A stretch of DNA of 62,183 nucleotides, counting the filler, from Sphacelaria rigidula (taxonomy: Eukaryota), in assembly GCA_964200075.2 (NCBI GenBank). It is 11 parts of 11 records of this genome, joined end to end, with 100 filler letters (N's around TTAATTAATTAA, not from the genome) between each part and the next. Parts side by side here need not be neighbours in the genome. Positions count along the whole stretch, not along the records: positions 11,326 to 16,887 come from CAXNAA020026308.1; positions 16,988 to 22,549 come from CAXNAA020026309.1; positions 22,650 to 28,211 come from CAXNAA020026310.1; 8 more parts are not named here. One strand, written 5' to 3'. Position 1 is the first letter of the stretch. Each line of letters starts with the position of its first letter. The position numbers and the translations under genes are program-made. Below are positions 12,837-26,415 of the stretch, in pieces. The notes beneath the pieces are model-generated. The model saw nothing but the letters and a program-made list of their open reading frames with translations. It made no database searches and was not told where the DNA came from.

Positions 12837-13340
12837 CGGGGGGTGCACTCATAATCTTGCACGCCGTAGTCATAAGATCATTGACCTCGATCCTTACAAA
12901 GCCGGGACGGAGCACGCCGGGTCTTCGCCGGACCAGGCTCGCGCTCAATCGCCAAGCGTGAAGCGCCTTGGCGTGTTCGGCGAGTCACGTGGAGGGTGAG
13001 CTGCATCCTGGTGTGATTGTTTGGCCCCGAAGCGTACTGATTATCTTGCATATGGATGACAGCCTCCAATGAATCGCTTCATTTTCTGGTATCGCCACTT
13101 CCAGAGACAGCCACGACTTATATACTGCCTTTTGTGTGTCTCACCATGAGGGGAGGGGGGGAAGGGGGAGTGTACTCATATTCATGTATGTCATTAGTCA
13201 CAAGACTATTGACCTCTCATCCATACACAGCATAGACGGAGCACACCGGGTTTTCGCCGGACCAGGCGCGCACTCAATCACCAAGCGCGAACCGCCGTGG
13301 TGTGTTCGGCGAGTCGCATGAGGGGGGCGGGGGGGGGGGT
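12837..13340 (-). mobile_element. Two further family B 3' fragments
   Basis: The same motifs on the minus strand, each ending in a G-run plus t(g)actcat. The second copy also has a G-run at its 5' junction (13322-13339). Confidence 0.8.
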
Positions 13341-14032
13341 GCAAGGATGTTGNNNNNNNNNNCGGGTAGGGTGGTGCGGCCGGGTTGGCGGCGGGGGGGG
13401 AGGGGGGGGGGGGGGGGTAGACGTGCAAGGATGTTGATGACGTCACTCTTGCAGATAAAGAAGACAAGTAAAAAAGTAGAAGGCACATTATGCACCATCT
13501 ACATGTCATCAGCGTACAGTAATGAATATCCGCGTACACGTCCATACCCAGAGAGACCCGAATACGTCATGAATGACCTGCTCCGCCATGGGCGTAAGCG
13601 AGCGGTCCTGAAGCAATCTTGTAGATCACAAGGTTTCGTTTTCCTGTACCCTAGGTTACCGGTACAGTATCGTATCCAGAGATCGCCGTCAAAAATCCTC
13701 AAGCACACGAGATCAATCTAGCCCATCTACGCGGCTCACGGTCAAATTTTGACCTTTCGTACATCAGCAAGAGAGGGAGAGACGTAGTACGCTTCGCCTC
13801 AGAGTACCTTCGGCAAAAAAACGACAACAGCATATTTCAGCGGGAGGAACAGAAGACGGACCTTCTTCGGCAGCGCACATAGCCTTGCCGTGGGTATGGA
13901 CAACAAAACACGTTTTCTAATTTAAAAAAAAGTCTCAATGTGCAAAGGTAGTGCTTCTGTGATAAAACACTCGCGTGACCCTTTCACTACGAGTGCTCGT
14001 GAAGGGAAAAATTCACATCTCCCAATTATTTT

Positions 14033-14113
14033 TGCTCCGTCTCGAGAGGGACGCGTGGTCAACGCTCAAATGACGAAGGCAAGCAACACAATGAGTACGC
14101 CCTCCCTCTCCCG
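14033..14113 (+). mobile_element. 3' end fragment of LINE family A
   Basis: tgctccgtctcgagagggacgcgtggtcaa..aaggcaagcaacacaatgagtacgccctccctctccc. Confidence 0.8.
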
Positions 14114-15489
14114 CCGACTCTCTTTACAGTTTATATAATAGTTGCCTACATAATTTTGGCCGAGATTTTTTTTTTTCAAACGCGTCGATCGCACCGGGAT
14201 TCGATCGCGGGACCTCGTCGTCATTATTCGAGCAGTCACAATAATCTCATGATCTCAGCGTGAAAAGGCAACAAGTCAACAAAAGACATTTCCGGTGGTC
14301 TACCCATTCAAAAATGCAGTCTCCTTGTCTGTGCTGTCTTTTTTCCCCCCTTCTCTCTATAGATATGTGTTTGTGTGTTCTTTCCTCTTGGTGTATGCCA
14401 GTAGCAGTTTGATGCCTCGCTTCCGTAGGGTTCATGGGTAAGAGCTGCATCCACAAGATAGTGTGGTCGAATAAGATGGGCCACAACCTGTTCCCACGAC
14501 TCTTCACTTCTCGATTGGGAATCCAGTATGGCTTTTGGCTTTTGCGCAGGACCTTTTCCGTCGAAGCCATGTTGCGGCGGCCGGTCATGTCTAGTTTTTT
14601 TGGTGTTTCCTTCAGCTTTTCTTCTTTAGCGAGTATTTCACTTTTGTTTGGTCTTGGGTACGTCTATAATGTGAACTCGGCTGGATCCCTGGGGGACGAA
14701 TCAAGAAAGAAGTGCGAAAATCAATCAACCAATCACACGAAAGAAGCGTAGATAGTACTCATGTGAGTCAGCGAATGGAAAAACAGCAGGAGATGATTAT
14801 TTGTGGAAGTGCACTTTGATGCCTAATGTAATTTACGCTGACACACTTCATCTTGTTTAATCAGCCTGTGGCCATGGAAGGCGTCCACATCAGATGCCCA
14901 GTACTGAAGTAGAACTAATGCGCAAATTCTCGGAACGGCTTTTCATGTGAACATACCAATAACAACAATAACAACAACAGTACCGTGCGCGGAGCGCGTG
15001 TTAATAATCCACCGCTCATTCAACAAACGCAAGTCGTCATCGGCTCATCAACATCAAGTCTGATCAGCCGTACCTTTGGAAAATGACTCTCGCGCCTCGT
15101 GAGCCGAGTTCACAATACTCCCAAGTCTCTAGACTCAAAACTGCTGATCGATGCCAAATGAGAGAAGCTGGAAACAAAATCGAGCATTTCCACCTATAAA
15201 TGATTCATTTCAACATTTGGGTCGCGTCTTGGCAAATCATTTTTTGATCGAAAAGAAGTGGCGGAAAAGGAAATATCTGATTTGGTATTAATAGGTCATC
15301 ACTATTCTTGTCCACGTCATTCATGTTGAAATGGTGACCAATGAGAGGGGAATTTTTCCTTTCCCATCGCACTTTTTCGATCGAAAAGTCATGTGCGAAG
15401 ACACACTTTTATTACACTAAAATGAAAACACGCGGGAAAACTCAGCCTAGGCGGAGGACTCGTCCATGGATTCGGTTGCGTAAGCATTA

Positions 15490-15666
15490 CACCCTGGACA
15501 ATATAAGCTCAATACATGCAATAGACAAAATATGTACCGGATAAAGTTTAGGCATATTGCGACATTTGACGGCCGACAGTAGTTGCAATATGTCCATACT
15601 TTACCCAGTACGCTTTTTGTGTGTTGCATCTTTTGATCATATACAGTATTGTCATTGTCCAGGATG
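15490..15666. mobile_element. MITE with CACCCTGGACAAT TIRs (CACTA/CMC-like, tentative)
   Basis: CACCCTGGACAAT at the left end and ATTGTCCAGGATG at the right. Interior resembles 22752-22912, and the TIR is shared with 42420-43381. Confidence 0.6.
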
Positions 15667-17129
15667 TGGTAAATATACACGATGGAGTGGTACCACGGTA
15701 GGGGTGCCCAAAATACTTCTCGGGGTTTGAATTGTTAGTATAATAGCCTGCCATCTCATCCAAAAAATGACTTGTGAAATATATGAGAGCACGCCACGAT
15801 TAGCACTCTAAAGGGGCTAGAGATGACTCGAATGAACTCTAAAACGGCAATATCCTGGTCCATATATATGTCTGCCCCTTATCCAAAAAATATAGATCAC
15901 TTTCTAACCCAACCAACTTCCATTCCCAACCCAACATTCTCATCCCTTCCTCAGACATTATTCAACAAACAAATCAAATTAATATTTTCATACATCATTG
16001 CATGACAGAGAGCAGGACAGAACATTTTGTTCTTGTGTAGCTCCTCGCTTTAGTAGCACCGCAATGAGAATAATCTGGGCCCAAACGCCTGTAACCCCCA
16101 CCTACCGTGGCATGACTCGGTTTGAGAACTGGCACATACTCGTACCTCACCTATTAACAGGGCCTCCTGCAGCCATTTTGGTAACTAAAATATTAAATAT
16201 GTCTGCGTGTTCAAAGCAATGGTCATTGATATGTAGCTATCGATTCTTCTGTTTCGTATAGAGCTACCACAGTGAAGAGCTCTCCAACTTCAACGACAAT
16301 ACCATGCACGTCTCCTACAAGCCAAAATTGACATCTAAAAAGATATTTTCTCTATAGGATGCGAGAAAAAACGAGAAAGGGAGAAACAGATATCGTTTCG
16401 CTGCACACTCCATCTCATCATACACCATACTATAACAGGCCTTGCTTCTTCTTTTTTCATCTTCGAGGGTCATATTTTCCCAACGAAGTTTGAGCGAGTA
16501 ATTCGAAATACATGCATTAATATATATATATATATATTAGAAAAATCAAGAAGCTTCACCCGAATCATTTTCCGTTTATCTACAATAGCCCGACACTCTG
16601 TGCTTTCGGGAATTCCGTTGAACCACCAGTTGAGGCATTAATATCCACTTACAAAGCCTCTCACTTTTCAGCCGTAGTAGACCAGCACTATAATGGATAG
16701 TTGCCAACGACGACCACCCCCCCGTGATGATAGGCCAAGCATCCAACGGTCAGCATGGACGATCATATTCGAAGCACTTCATTTGAAATAAAAATTAGTT
16801 CAAAGAAGAAAAAACTTGTGATTTAGAGTTGACGTGTAACGAAAAAAAAAAAGAGAAGAAAAATAAAATACAAACAACGAAAAACATNNNNNNNNNNNNN
16901 NNNNNNNNNNNNNNNNNNNNNNNNNNNNNNNTTAATTAATTAANNNNNNNNNNNNNNNNNNNNNNNNNNNNNNNNNNNNNNNNNNNNCCATGAAGATAGC
17001 CTGGCACAAACGTGGGGTACTTGTGTCAAAGGTGTTGAACTTGGCTTCAGGCCACAAGCCCGTGTTAGAGGCAATATTCAGTGTCGGTGAGCCCGCAAAA
17101 TAGCTGAAAGATACCAGAACCCCAACGAG

Positions 17130-20100
17130 AACTAGGATTGGGATATCCCAGTACGCTGTCTACATCCCACCAATACAAGTGGAATGAATAAGCTGGAGAT
17201 TCTCTCGAAAGAGATCGAGAGAGAGAGACGGTAAGGAAGGGCGGATGGAGAAGTAAACAGTGGACGGGTAAAGTATTAGTTGTGCTGGTATCCGGAGTAC
17301 GTAGCGATATGACAAGAATAGAGTTTAAAAGGAGATGCGATGGAGTTGGATTATACTGTTTTGCACGACGAAAGTAAAAAGGGACGGAGAACACTTCCGA
17401 GTCACGCTAGAACAGAGCGCGAGCAAGCAGTGGGAAAGGATAGAAACAAGTAAGGTGTCGGCATGGGTTAGAAGAACAGGATGGAGAGTATGCATAGCTA
17501 ATGTAAAAACAAACCTAGAACGTAATCCACGGGTAAACGGCGGGGGAGAGAAGCAGGAACAGGTAAGTGTCCGGAAGGGGAAGGGAAGGGGACATAGCGG
17601 CCCGAAGCAAATAGACCAAGGGCAACCGAGCAAGGGGAAGTAAAAGCAAAAGCGACGGAGAGAGATTAGTAGACAACACGAAAGATAATGATTCGGAAAG
17701 GAAGTTGAGGATAGGGTCGTGGAGCGTGTCTGGGTCTGTCACAGACGAGCGCAAAGGAGAAGAGATAGTGCAACAAATGGGGAAACACTACCTAGATATT
17801 GTAGGAACCCGAAAGTCATGGGAGAAAGAGGGGGCGGAAATGGGATGCAAAGTTGAAGAGTACGCATGGATAGGGAATAAGCGGAAGACGCAGAAGTCCA
17901 AGAACTGGGGAGTGGGGGAAGTAGGATTTTCGGTCAAGGAATACCTGTGTGACAGTATAGAACTGATCAACGACACGAAATGCGACGAGAGCATATGGCT
18001 CAGGGTACGAGGAGAGCGGAGGACGAAGGACTTCTTCGTGAGTAATATCTACATGCCCCTAGAATCGAAGAGTAGGGTGAATGGTATACTACGGAGGTTT
18101 GGGGGATAGCAACATATGTACATAAGTATAAACGCAAGGAAAAGTAATTTCAGTGGGAAATGCAAGGGTAGGAAGAGCAAGTCAACTGGATGATATCATT
18201 GGGCAATACGGGAAAGGTAAGAAGAACGCGAGTGGCGTAAGGATGCTGATGTTCCTCGAGCAGAGCGAGATGAAGACGCTGAACGATAGAGCATAAAAAC
18301 CAGAGGCGCAATGGACACGGATTAGGATATGCAAAGGCGAGATGGAACGTCCCATTCTTGGCTATGCCGTGGTAGAGCATGGGAATCGTGAAGAAATGGA
18401 AGTACAGGTCTGAGCGGAGGATGTGGGAACCACAGATCATTGCCTAAAATGGACAGAAAGCCAACAGACGAGAACACAAAGAAATAGGCGGGGTGGGAAG
18501 TTGTACGAATGGAGAATCGATAAACTAGATGTGGAAGGAAAACGGCAAGAGTTCCAAGCATAGATAGCCAAAAGTGCAGTGAAATTTTCCGAGCAGTTGG
18601 AACACGTAGGTAGAGTCGATACCGAAATGGAAAGGAATCGGGCAGGAGCGAAGATCATAGAAGGATGGGAGTAGATGATCAAGAATACAGCGAGTAAACG
18701 TCATCGGCAAGAAACTGATCGTATGCAACAGAGTAGTAAAATGGTGGGATGAGGGAGAGAAAGAAGCTGTGGGAGTATGGAGAGGGGCCGACGCGAGGTG
18801 GATGTCGAGCAAAACGACGGTAGGGTGGGAGGAGTATATTGAAGCTCGGAAGAAAGTAAAAAAGAAGGTACCACAGAAAAAGAAGGAAGTTTGGGAAGGT
18901 GTAATAAATAAACAAATGAAGATTTCGACGGCGGGATGAAACAAATGTATGTAGGGATAAAAGGGATAACGCGAAACCAGGAGAGAGCTACGCTCCGGGC
19001 ACATAACGGTAAAATGGTCAGTAGTTCGAAGGAAAAAATAGAAGTGCTAGTGAGCATTACCGTAAACTAGGAACGCCAGAAACAACCAAGGAGTTCGACA
19101 AGGAATTGGGAAAAGAAATCAACGCGTGGGCTGAGGCAAATGTAGTAGAGACGTCGGAACGGGAGGATAGAGGCTCGACAGAATTGCAAAGATAGTTTAC
19201 CAGAGATGAAGCAAAGGAGTGCGGAGCTGAACTCAAGAACAGAAAGGCAGAAGGGGCAGACGGAATAGCGAATGAATATTTAAAGTACGGGGAGATGGAA
19301 TGATTACCATGATGATTATGCTGTACAACTGGACCTCGGAAAACGAGTACACACCCAAGCGGTAGAGAGAAGGAGTAGTCGTCAATCTTTTCAGAAACGT
19401 AGATGAGGCTGACCCAGGCAACTACAGAGGGATAATGCCACTGAGCACGGTAGAGAAAACATTCTGTAAGATTCTGAACGATAGAGTAGAAACGATACTA
19501 GGAAAAGAAGAAAAATTGGTGCCGGGCAAGCACGTTTTAGACCGAACCGTAGTTGCGTACACCATGTGTACACATTAGGTATGGCTATTCAAGGTAAACA
19601 AGTCGCTGGGCTGACAACGTACTGTTTCTTTCTGGGCGAACAAAAGCCACACGACACAGTATGTAGAAATGGGCTGTGGCTAAAGTTGTGGGAAACTGAG
19701 ATCAGAGGAAAGATGTGAAGAATGGTGAAGAAGATGAGAGAATGTGCCAAAAGTGCCATGATGCTAGACGGGGGAAAATCGAAATGCTTCGACACCTTAC
19801 AAGGAGTTGCGTATGGATTTACGTCATCACCCATTCTGTTCAAGGCATTCATTAATGGCCTGATAATAGCAATAGAAGCAGCAGAGCAAGGAGTCAAAGT
19901 GGCTGCAGATGTGATATTAGAATTGATGTTCGCAGATGAGTTTGTTGGGGTATCAAGAACACCAGAAGGATTGCACCTACAGATAGCGAAGGCGCTACAA
20001 AACACTAGGAAATGGAGAGTGACAGCGAACGTCAACGAATGCGAGGTACTTGTCTGTAACGAGGATAAGAAAAATCCGATAAAGTTCAAATGGAAGTGGA

Positions 20101-21269
20101 GAGACGAGGAACTGCCGATCGTAGGCCAGTATAGATACCTTGGCTTAGAGATATCAAAACACTGCTGTTGGGATGCACACATGAAAAACGTAATAGAAAA
20201 GGGTAAGGCACAGATAGGCAGGACGTGATCCTCGGAGACCCGCACCCAGACACTAGGATTAAGAGGTATCATGACGAACGTATCGTACCGAAGCTGGAAT
20301 ATGCAGGAGAAGTATGGGAGGGGAACGTGAAGTTGGTGAAAAAGTTTGAAACAGTACAGATGGCAGCAGCTAAGAAGATTCTTGGATGCTCGAAAACGAC
20401 GAGTAATAGCTGAGAGCAGAGTTGGGAATGTACTCACTTGAAACCAACATAGGCATGAGGAAATCGCGATGACAATATGAGAACATGCAGAGTAAGAGGT
20501 TGCCAGCTATAGTTGATGAGGCTGTATGAGAGAACAGTACGAAAGGGAGGGCTGGAGAAAGGTGGGATCAAGAAGCCGAGAAAGTGTGGAAAAATATGGG
20601 CAAAAACTCAGACAAAATACTGTTCATAGATGAAGACGCGGGGTACAAGGCAAAAGTAAGGGACATGATCGAAACAAAGGGAAAAAGGAGCGCTCAGACG
20701 CAAAGTAGACGAGGATTAACACCTGGAGATATACGGGGGGTTGAGAGAGGAGATAGGGATGAAAGCATATTTGTATGGCCCGATAGACGCTGCGAAAAAT
20801 ATGTAACTGCGATTTCGGGTGGGGGACCTGGACCTGCCGGAAAGAAGAAAGAACTATATCGGTCGTCGAAAGGAGGAGAAAGTAGATGGGCAGAACTGCC
20901 TTCGTGGCAAAGCAACAGAGAGCAGAACTCACATAGTGGCAGAATGTGAACTATACAAGGAGGAACGGGACGTGCTACAGGGGGAAATGCGGGACGTGAA
21001 CGAAGATAGCATGAAATCGTTTGATGCACTAGACAGTAGGGAGAAAACAAGGGCTATATTAGGTGATACGTTGTGTCCACAGACGGCGGAAGAGGACGGG
21101 GATAAGATGTGTAACAGGTTTTTGTGTAATGTATGGAAGAAACCTAATGAGCGCCGGAGTATTGAAGGTGGCTCTATTAGGAGTAGTAACGGTGCTCCGT
21201 CTGGAAAGGGATGCGTGGTCAATGGTCGAAAGACTGAGGCAAGTAACAAATGTGTACGCCTCCGCCCCC
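17130..21269 (+). mobile_element. Degenerate near full-length non-LTR retrotransposon (LINE family A; AP-endonuclease plus reverse transcriptase)
   Basis: EN start LRIGSWSVSG..DIVGTRKSW at 17705. RT motifs KAEGADGI, GNYRGIMPLS, QARFRPNRSC, QGVAYG..SPILF, MFADEFVG and YRYLG. C-terminal ESRTHIVAECELY. Many stops and frameshifts. Ends GTACG plus a C-rich tail. Confidence 0.93.
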
Positions 21270-21274
21270 TCGTT

Positions 21275-21874
21275 GACCTGGTCCGGCGAAAACCCCGTTA
21301 GCCTGTTTAGACGAGAACCCGGCGTGCTCCGTCACGGCTTTGTAGACGCGGGCCCCCCTATGGGGTTGGCGTCGGATGCTGATGACGCTGTGAAACGCGC
21401 AACCAACTGCGTGAGCTATGCAACCACGTTACCGTTTTTCTGGCCGCCTGCGTCTTTTTTTGTGGTAACCATGATGGTAGTCGAGCTAGATCACGCTGTG
21501 CGGGAAGGGAGAACCTCAACCCCGCGCAGAGGAGATGATCGTACCACCTAGTGTTTAAATGGTGAGACACCCATGAGGCAGTGTATAAGCCGTGGCTGTC
21601 TCTGGAAGTGGCGATACCCGATAATGAAGCCCCTTATTGCAGGCTGTCATCCACATGCAAGATAGCCAGTGCGCTTCGGGCCGAACAATCTCAGCAGGAT
21701 GCAGCTCACCCTTCATTCGACTCACCGAGCACACCACGGCGCTCCGCGCTTTGTGATTGAATATGAGCCTGGTGCGGCGAATACCCGGCGTGCTCCGTCC
21801 CGGCTTTGTAGGGATACGAGATCAATGGTCATATGACTATGGCATGCGAGATCATGAGTTCCCCTCCCTCCCCC
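21275..21874 (+). mobile_element. Family B fragments immediately after the C-tail of the family A LINE
   Basis: cctggtccggcgaaaacccc at ~21276. A longer copy runs from the C7 run at 21353 to gatcatgagttcccctccctcccc. Confidence 0.8.
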
Positions 21875-22751
21875 GCGTGCGCGATCGTGGTATCTTTCTT
21901 TCATACGCTGATCTGTCCGCTGCGGTAGCACTGCCTCCTACGAGTAGCTCATGTAGCGCGAATATATAACAAGCGATCTCCAACGGCTCCGTCGACCAAG
22001 GGTATCGTTGCCAAAATCCCAGCAGTGCGCACAACATATATACGCCGTAGCTCTGAATCGTATAGCATTTCTGTTATTGCCGGTACGGGGCGATGTGTGC
22101 TGTGTTTTCCTCTTTTTTAATAACGGAGGCACCAGTGATCTGGCTATGATTTCTGCTGCAGCGATATGAGGAGATGAGGGAAAACACTTTCCTTCATCTT
22201 GTGACAAACGAGATCCCGCTCTTTCGTCGATATTCTGGGCTTTCCCCCCTCCTCCCCACAAAAAACGGTAGACGGCGAAATATCAAAGTGTTTTCGACAC
22301 TTTCTAGGATAGCCCCCCCCCAAAACCAGCGAAAAGTGTCACAAAAAAAATGGCCATACAGCGCCTAACAACAAATTATACGAATTAAGGTTTAACCCCG
22401 AGATGAGGTTCAAGCCTAAAACAGTGTTTTCCCGACACTTTCAGTGATGGTGCCCAATGACGTTTTTGTCGGCATAATGCCCCTCGATCGCGTAGATACC
22501 TTTTCAGCGCAATTCACCGTCTCCGTGAGCTTACAGCGCTGACCGAAACNNNNNNNNNNNNNNNNNNNNNNNNNNNNNNNNNNNNNNNNNNNNTTAATTA
22601 ATTAANNNNNNNNNNNNNNNNNNNNNNNNNNNNNNNNNNNNNNNNNNNNATTCTCATTTCAAAATACGTTCTCATTTTTCTGGCAACCCTGTTAAAGACT
22701 GTGGAGAACCCTGTGCAGCTCGTACTACAGGGTGCTATTTGTTCACGTGTG

Positions 22752-22912
22752 TGGACAATGTATGGTCAATAGATTCAATAGACGAGAAATGTACTGCATG
22801 ATGTATAGGCCTATTGCAACTATTGCCGGCCGACAATGGCCGCAATAGGCCTATACATCATGCCGTACGTTTCTTGTCTATTGCAACTATTGACCATATT
22901 TTGTCCAAGGTG
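22752..22912. mobile_element. Foldback MITE, (CC)TGGACAA TIR family
   Basis: ~65-bp imperfect inverted arms: tggacaatgtatggtcaatag..gcatgatgtataggcctattgc and gcaataggcctatacatcatgc..ctattgaccatattttgtcca. Confidence 0.7.
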
Positions 22913-24706
22913 TGCAAAATTGAGGTGAAAGTCGGTCTGGAACCTACAGATCCGCTCACAGGTTGGCTCGGCTCGTCCTCATACGCGAAGGGGATGACTC
23001 TAGCAAGAGTAATACCCTTTGCTCATACGTAACAATGTACACGACGACATGACACCCACACCCGCGATGTATCGCCGTCTTCCGGCGATACATCGACGAT
23101 GATATATGATATCGCGATATATCGCCCCCGTTGGAGCTGATATCAGAATGCACTCTCATTGCTGCCTCGGGAGACCAGATCGAGTGATACGGTGAAATAC
23201 TCCGCACAAGCTCGACCAGGTGAATTCGAATGTTGCTGAATGCTTAAAATATTGGCGTGGGAGCGGGTAGCGACTGAATCGTAAGCTGATTATAGTAGAA
23301 GAAGACAAGAACGGCGGCCCCCTCGATGGTCCATCTGTCGTGATATCGCCTGTGCAAGCTCTTGTACTGTCTCGAAGGAGACGGTATCCCCTCCCCCAGA
23401 GATGCACTGTTGTACTACTGTTGGTATGAGTGGTCCTTGGTGGAACTCACTGTTCGCACTGGGTCAGTTTCAGGGCCACGTCTTGCGCGAGACGGAGGGC
23501 AAACGTGGAGGATAGCAAAAGCACACATATTTAAAGGAGGCCCAACCGTGCTCGTCACTTGTGTTGCTGTGAGGACCGTACGATCAGCGCACGGAGTTGA
23601 ACGATTACGCTGGCAGGATTGGCCGCTACCTCCTCACTGATTTGATGCCTTACCCCCTCCGCTGTATAATTGTCATTAGACATTTGAAAACAGTGAATGA
23701 AGCTTTTAGGTGTAGTCATTGAACCTACGCAGCGAACAGAGCGCCTTGGGCCACCGATAGTGTTGCTTCAACACTCACCTACGGCATCGAGAAACATATA
23801 CTGATAGTGCAGCATCATCAGACACCAGGTGCGGTGTATCCGTAGGCATGGCCGCCGAGTATACCGCCCCCGTATTGTTGAACGCGGGAATGACAAATGC
23901 TAGACGAGTACTCGTAGTCGAAAAACATAACACTACTACTCGTACTACGCTTCACACAACAGTCAGTTGCAGTCAAATATGGAAACTTCTCATGTTTCCT
24001 TGAGAAACTTTCCTCACAGCCGGTATATGGTGCAGACTGTAGCTGGCCTTCGGTTCCGACCAATCCTCACCCTCTGTGTCGACTGCGTTGCTTGCTGTTC
24101 ACCCATGGAACCAGGCAGACAGGACTAGGCAGAGCTACAGACCGCACTCTCTACTCCAGATGCTCATTGCGACCATTGTTATTGGGCTGTGTGGCCTCCC
24201 TACCGAATGACCGTACAAGACAACATATTGTATTACTGTACAGTAGTCAATAGTGCAAAAGTGGAAATGTACAGCAGGCCGTAGGACGTAGTACATTCAT
24301 GTATTACAGTTCCGTTTCGCATACGCACAACAATACGTGTGGGCGACTCCTCCGTAGCCTGCAGATAATCCCCGAACCTTCATGCGTCGTGTTCAGTCCC
24401 AAATAATGGTAGAAATGCACCCACTCATCATGTACTGAGTGTGCCATCTGTCGCGCACAAACGGTTCGACAGCATGACATGTCGTCACGATCCTATGATC
24501 CTGCATGCTGTACTGTTGTAGATCTCCAAGATCCGGCCCCTGGCCATTGCGCCGCTCATCTCTCCAGGCGTAGAGTTATTATCTTCGCTTGCGAGGCGCT
24601 GATGCCCCCGTGAAAACAGCCCTGGTTTCCTCTTACCCGTACTACAATAATGATTTACCAGCTGGGCCGGCCTAGACGCAGACTTACGCTTGCAAAGCAA
24701 TATCTC

Positions 24707-24915
24707 CAAGGGAAGGTCGAGTAGAGTATACTCAACTGCGGGGTATTTTTAAAGTCGAACGTCAAGTACACGAATTGGGGGTAGGGTTTTAGGGATCGCC
24801 CCCCACTTATTTTTCAAGTACGGCTCCCAACACTCTACCATACGTAATTTGAGTACCTCAAGTACGTCTTTCAAAATACCCGGCAATTGAGAATACTCTA
24901 CTCGGTCTGTCCTTG
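24707..24915. mobile_element. hAT-like MITE with 8-bp TSD
   Basis: TIRs CAAGGGAAGGTCGAGTAGAGTA and TTCTCAATTG-type right arm ending CTCGGTCTGTCCTTG. Flanks are AATATCTC and AATATTTC. Homologous to 3896-4099. Confidence 0.85.
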
Positions 24916-25129
24916 AATATTTCCTCGAGACAATCGAGTTGGGCCATGATCCGCATGGCATATGAATCGTCTGATCAAGGGGACGGTGCCCATCTACTCA
25001 AAAGTGTGGGTGAGTTTTTCTCGATTAAACCAGATGTCTGGTAACTGCCATACTGAATGTGTGGAGATACCGTCTATACTAGCTCTAGTACTACAGTGTA
25101 CATGAAGCCCCGAACGATTTTATACTCAC

Positions 25130-25453
25130 CGTTCCAGCGACACTTTGCATTTCCCGCTGGCCGCACTTTATTTTCGGCCAAACGTATTTGAAAAAAAACG
25201 GTCGAGCACTAAAGAAACAGCGGGGAAAACTGGTCTACCGACGGCTTTTCACTGAAAATCCGTGCTTGCCTGGTAAACAAAACTGCGGCCAGCGGGGAAT
25301 GCAGAGTTGCCGTGGAACGGTCTCAACGAGTAGAGATGGTCCTTCCAAGGCCTCAATATCCGACTAGCCCTCTTTTCGGGCGTAACTTTACGGAGACGAG
25401 CCCGTAAGGCAGTTTTCAACAGGAATTTCGAACGACTCCCATTAGAGTTGACC
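25130..25453. mobile_element. Partial long foldback MITE (PIF/Harbinger-like, family X)
   Basis: Homologous to 35562-36033. Right end cccattagagttgacc is followed by TTA. Confidence 0.75.
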
Positions 25454-25456
25454 TTA

Positions 25457-25675
25457 GGGCCTGTCTTTGCACATCAATTGTCGCTCGAAAAGTGCGGTGG
25501 AAAACAAAAATCCTGATCTGATAGGTCGTAATTTCAACTATTATCGAAAAAATCGACGATGGTTGAAATTCCGACCTGTAATAAAAAATGGAGATGGCTG
25601 ACATCACGATCAGATCGGGATTTTTGTTTTCCACCGCACAATTTCGATCGGAAACTCATGTGCTAAGACAGGGCC
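25457..25675. mobile_element. Tourist/PIF-like foldback MITE (family Y), TTA TSD
   Basis: TTA-gggcctgtctttgcacat at the left and atgtgctaagacagggcc-TTA at the right, with long internal inverted arms. Confidence 0.85.
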
Positions 25676-26009
25676 TTACCTTAGCACATAGAATCGCGAA
25701 GGCATGCTGAAGGGAAAAAGGGGGCCGTCAGTTTTTTTCTCTCCTTGGAGAGGTATGGGCGTTCCCGTGAAATTATGTTTCCTACCGTACCGTACTAGAA
25801 CGTTCTAAACAAGTGAAAAAAAATAAAAAAACACCATTTCCCACTTGTTTCAGTCATTATGACCTGGTGAGGTTCCACACAAAATTAAAAAAAAACACAC
25901 ACACACATACCAAACCTGGGCCGGTAAATGGCCTGGAAAATATTGTTCCGAATTTCGCCCGGCGGGGTTTCTAATCGCTCCGCCTTAGGCTATCCGACCG
26001 TCTCTACTC

Positions 26010-26415
26010 GTTGGAAAAGTGCATTTTGGCCCTTCTGCGTCGTTTTCCCCCCGAAAAGAAGGCTAGGCGGATGTTGACACCTTGGAATACCCTGCTTTAC
26101 CTGCTGAGGCCGTTCCAGGGCACGTCTGAATTTTCCGTAGGTCACGGTTTCGTTTTTGGCCAAATTTGCTTTTTCGATAACAAACGGTCTACTTACCAAA
26201 AAAATGCCAGTTTCCCCCCTGTTTTTTCGTAACTTGACCCTTCGTTGTCGAAAATGCAAGTTTGACCGAAAATAAAACTGTGACCCACGGGAAACGCAAA
26301 GGTGCCCTGGAACGATCTCAACGAGTACAGTAAGTCATTCCAACGTGTCAACATCTGCCTAGCCCTCTTTTCGAGCGAAAAACAATGGAGAAGTGTCAGA
26401 AATGCACCTCCCATT
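26010..26415. mobile_element. Long foldback element related to family X
   Basis: Arms aaaagtgcattttggccc..ggctaggcggatgttgacacc and gtgtcaacatctgcctagcc..aaatgcac. Homologous to 41684-42092. Confidence 0.75.

Noticed and set aside
13341..13440. Direct repeat gcaaggatgttg around a 10-N gap
   Set aside because: Probably a scaffolding overlap at a G-rich gap.
15447..15680. Minus ORF with a Cys pattern (YCNYC..VAIC..CLLH) resembling a piggyBac C-terminal domain
   Set aside because: It lies within a short TIR-bounded MITE, and no DDD transposase core is seen upstream.
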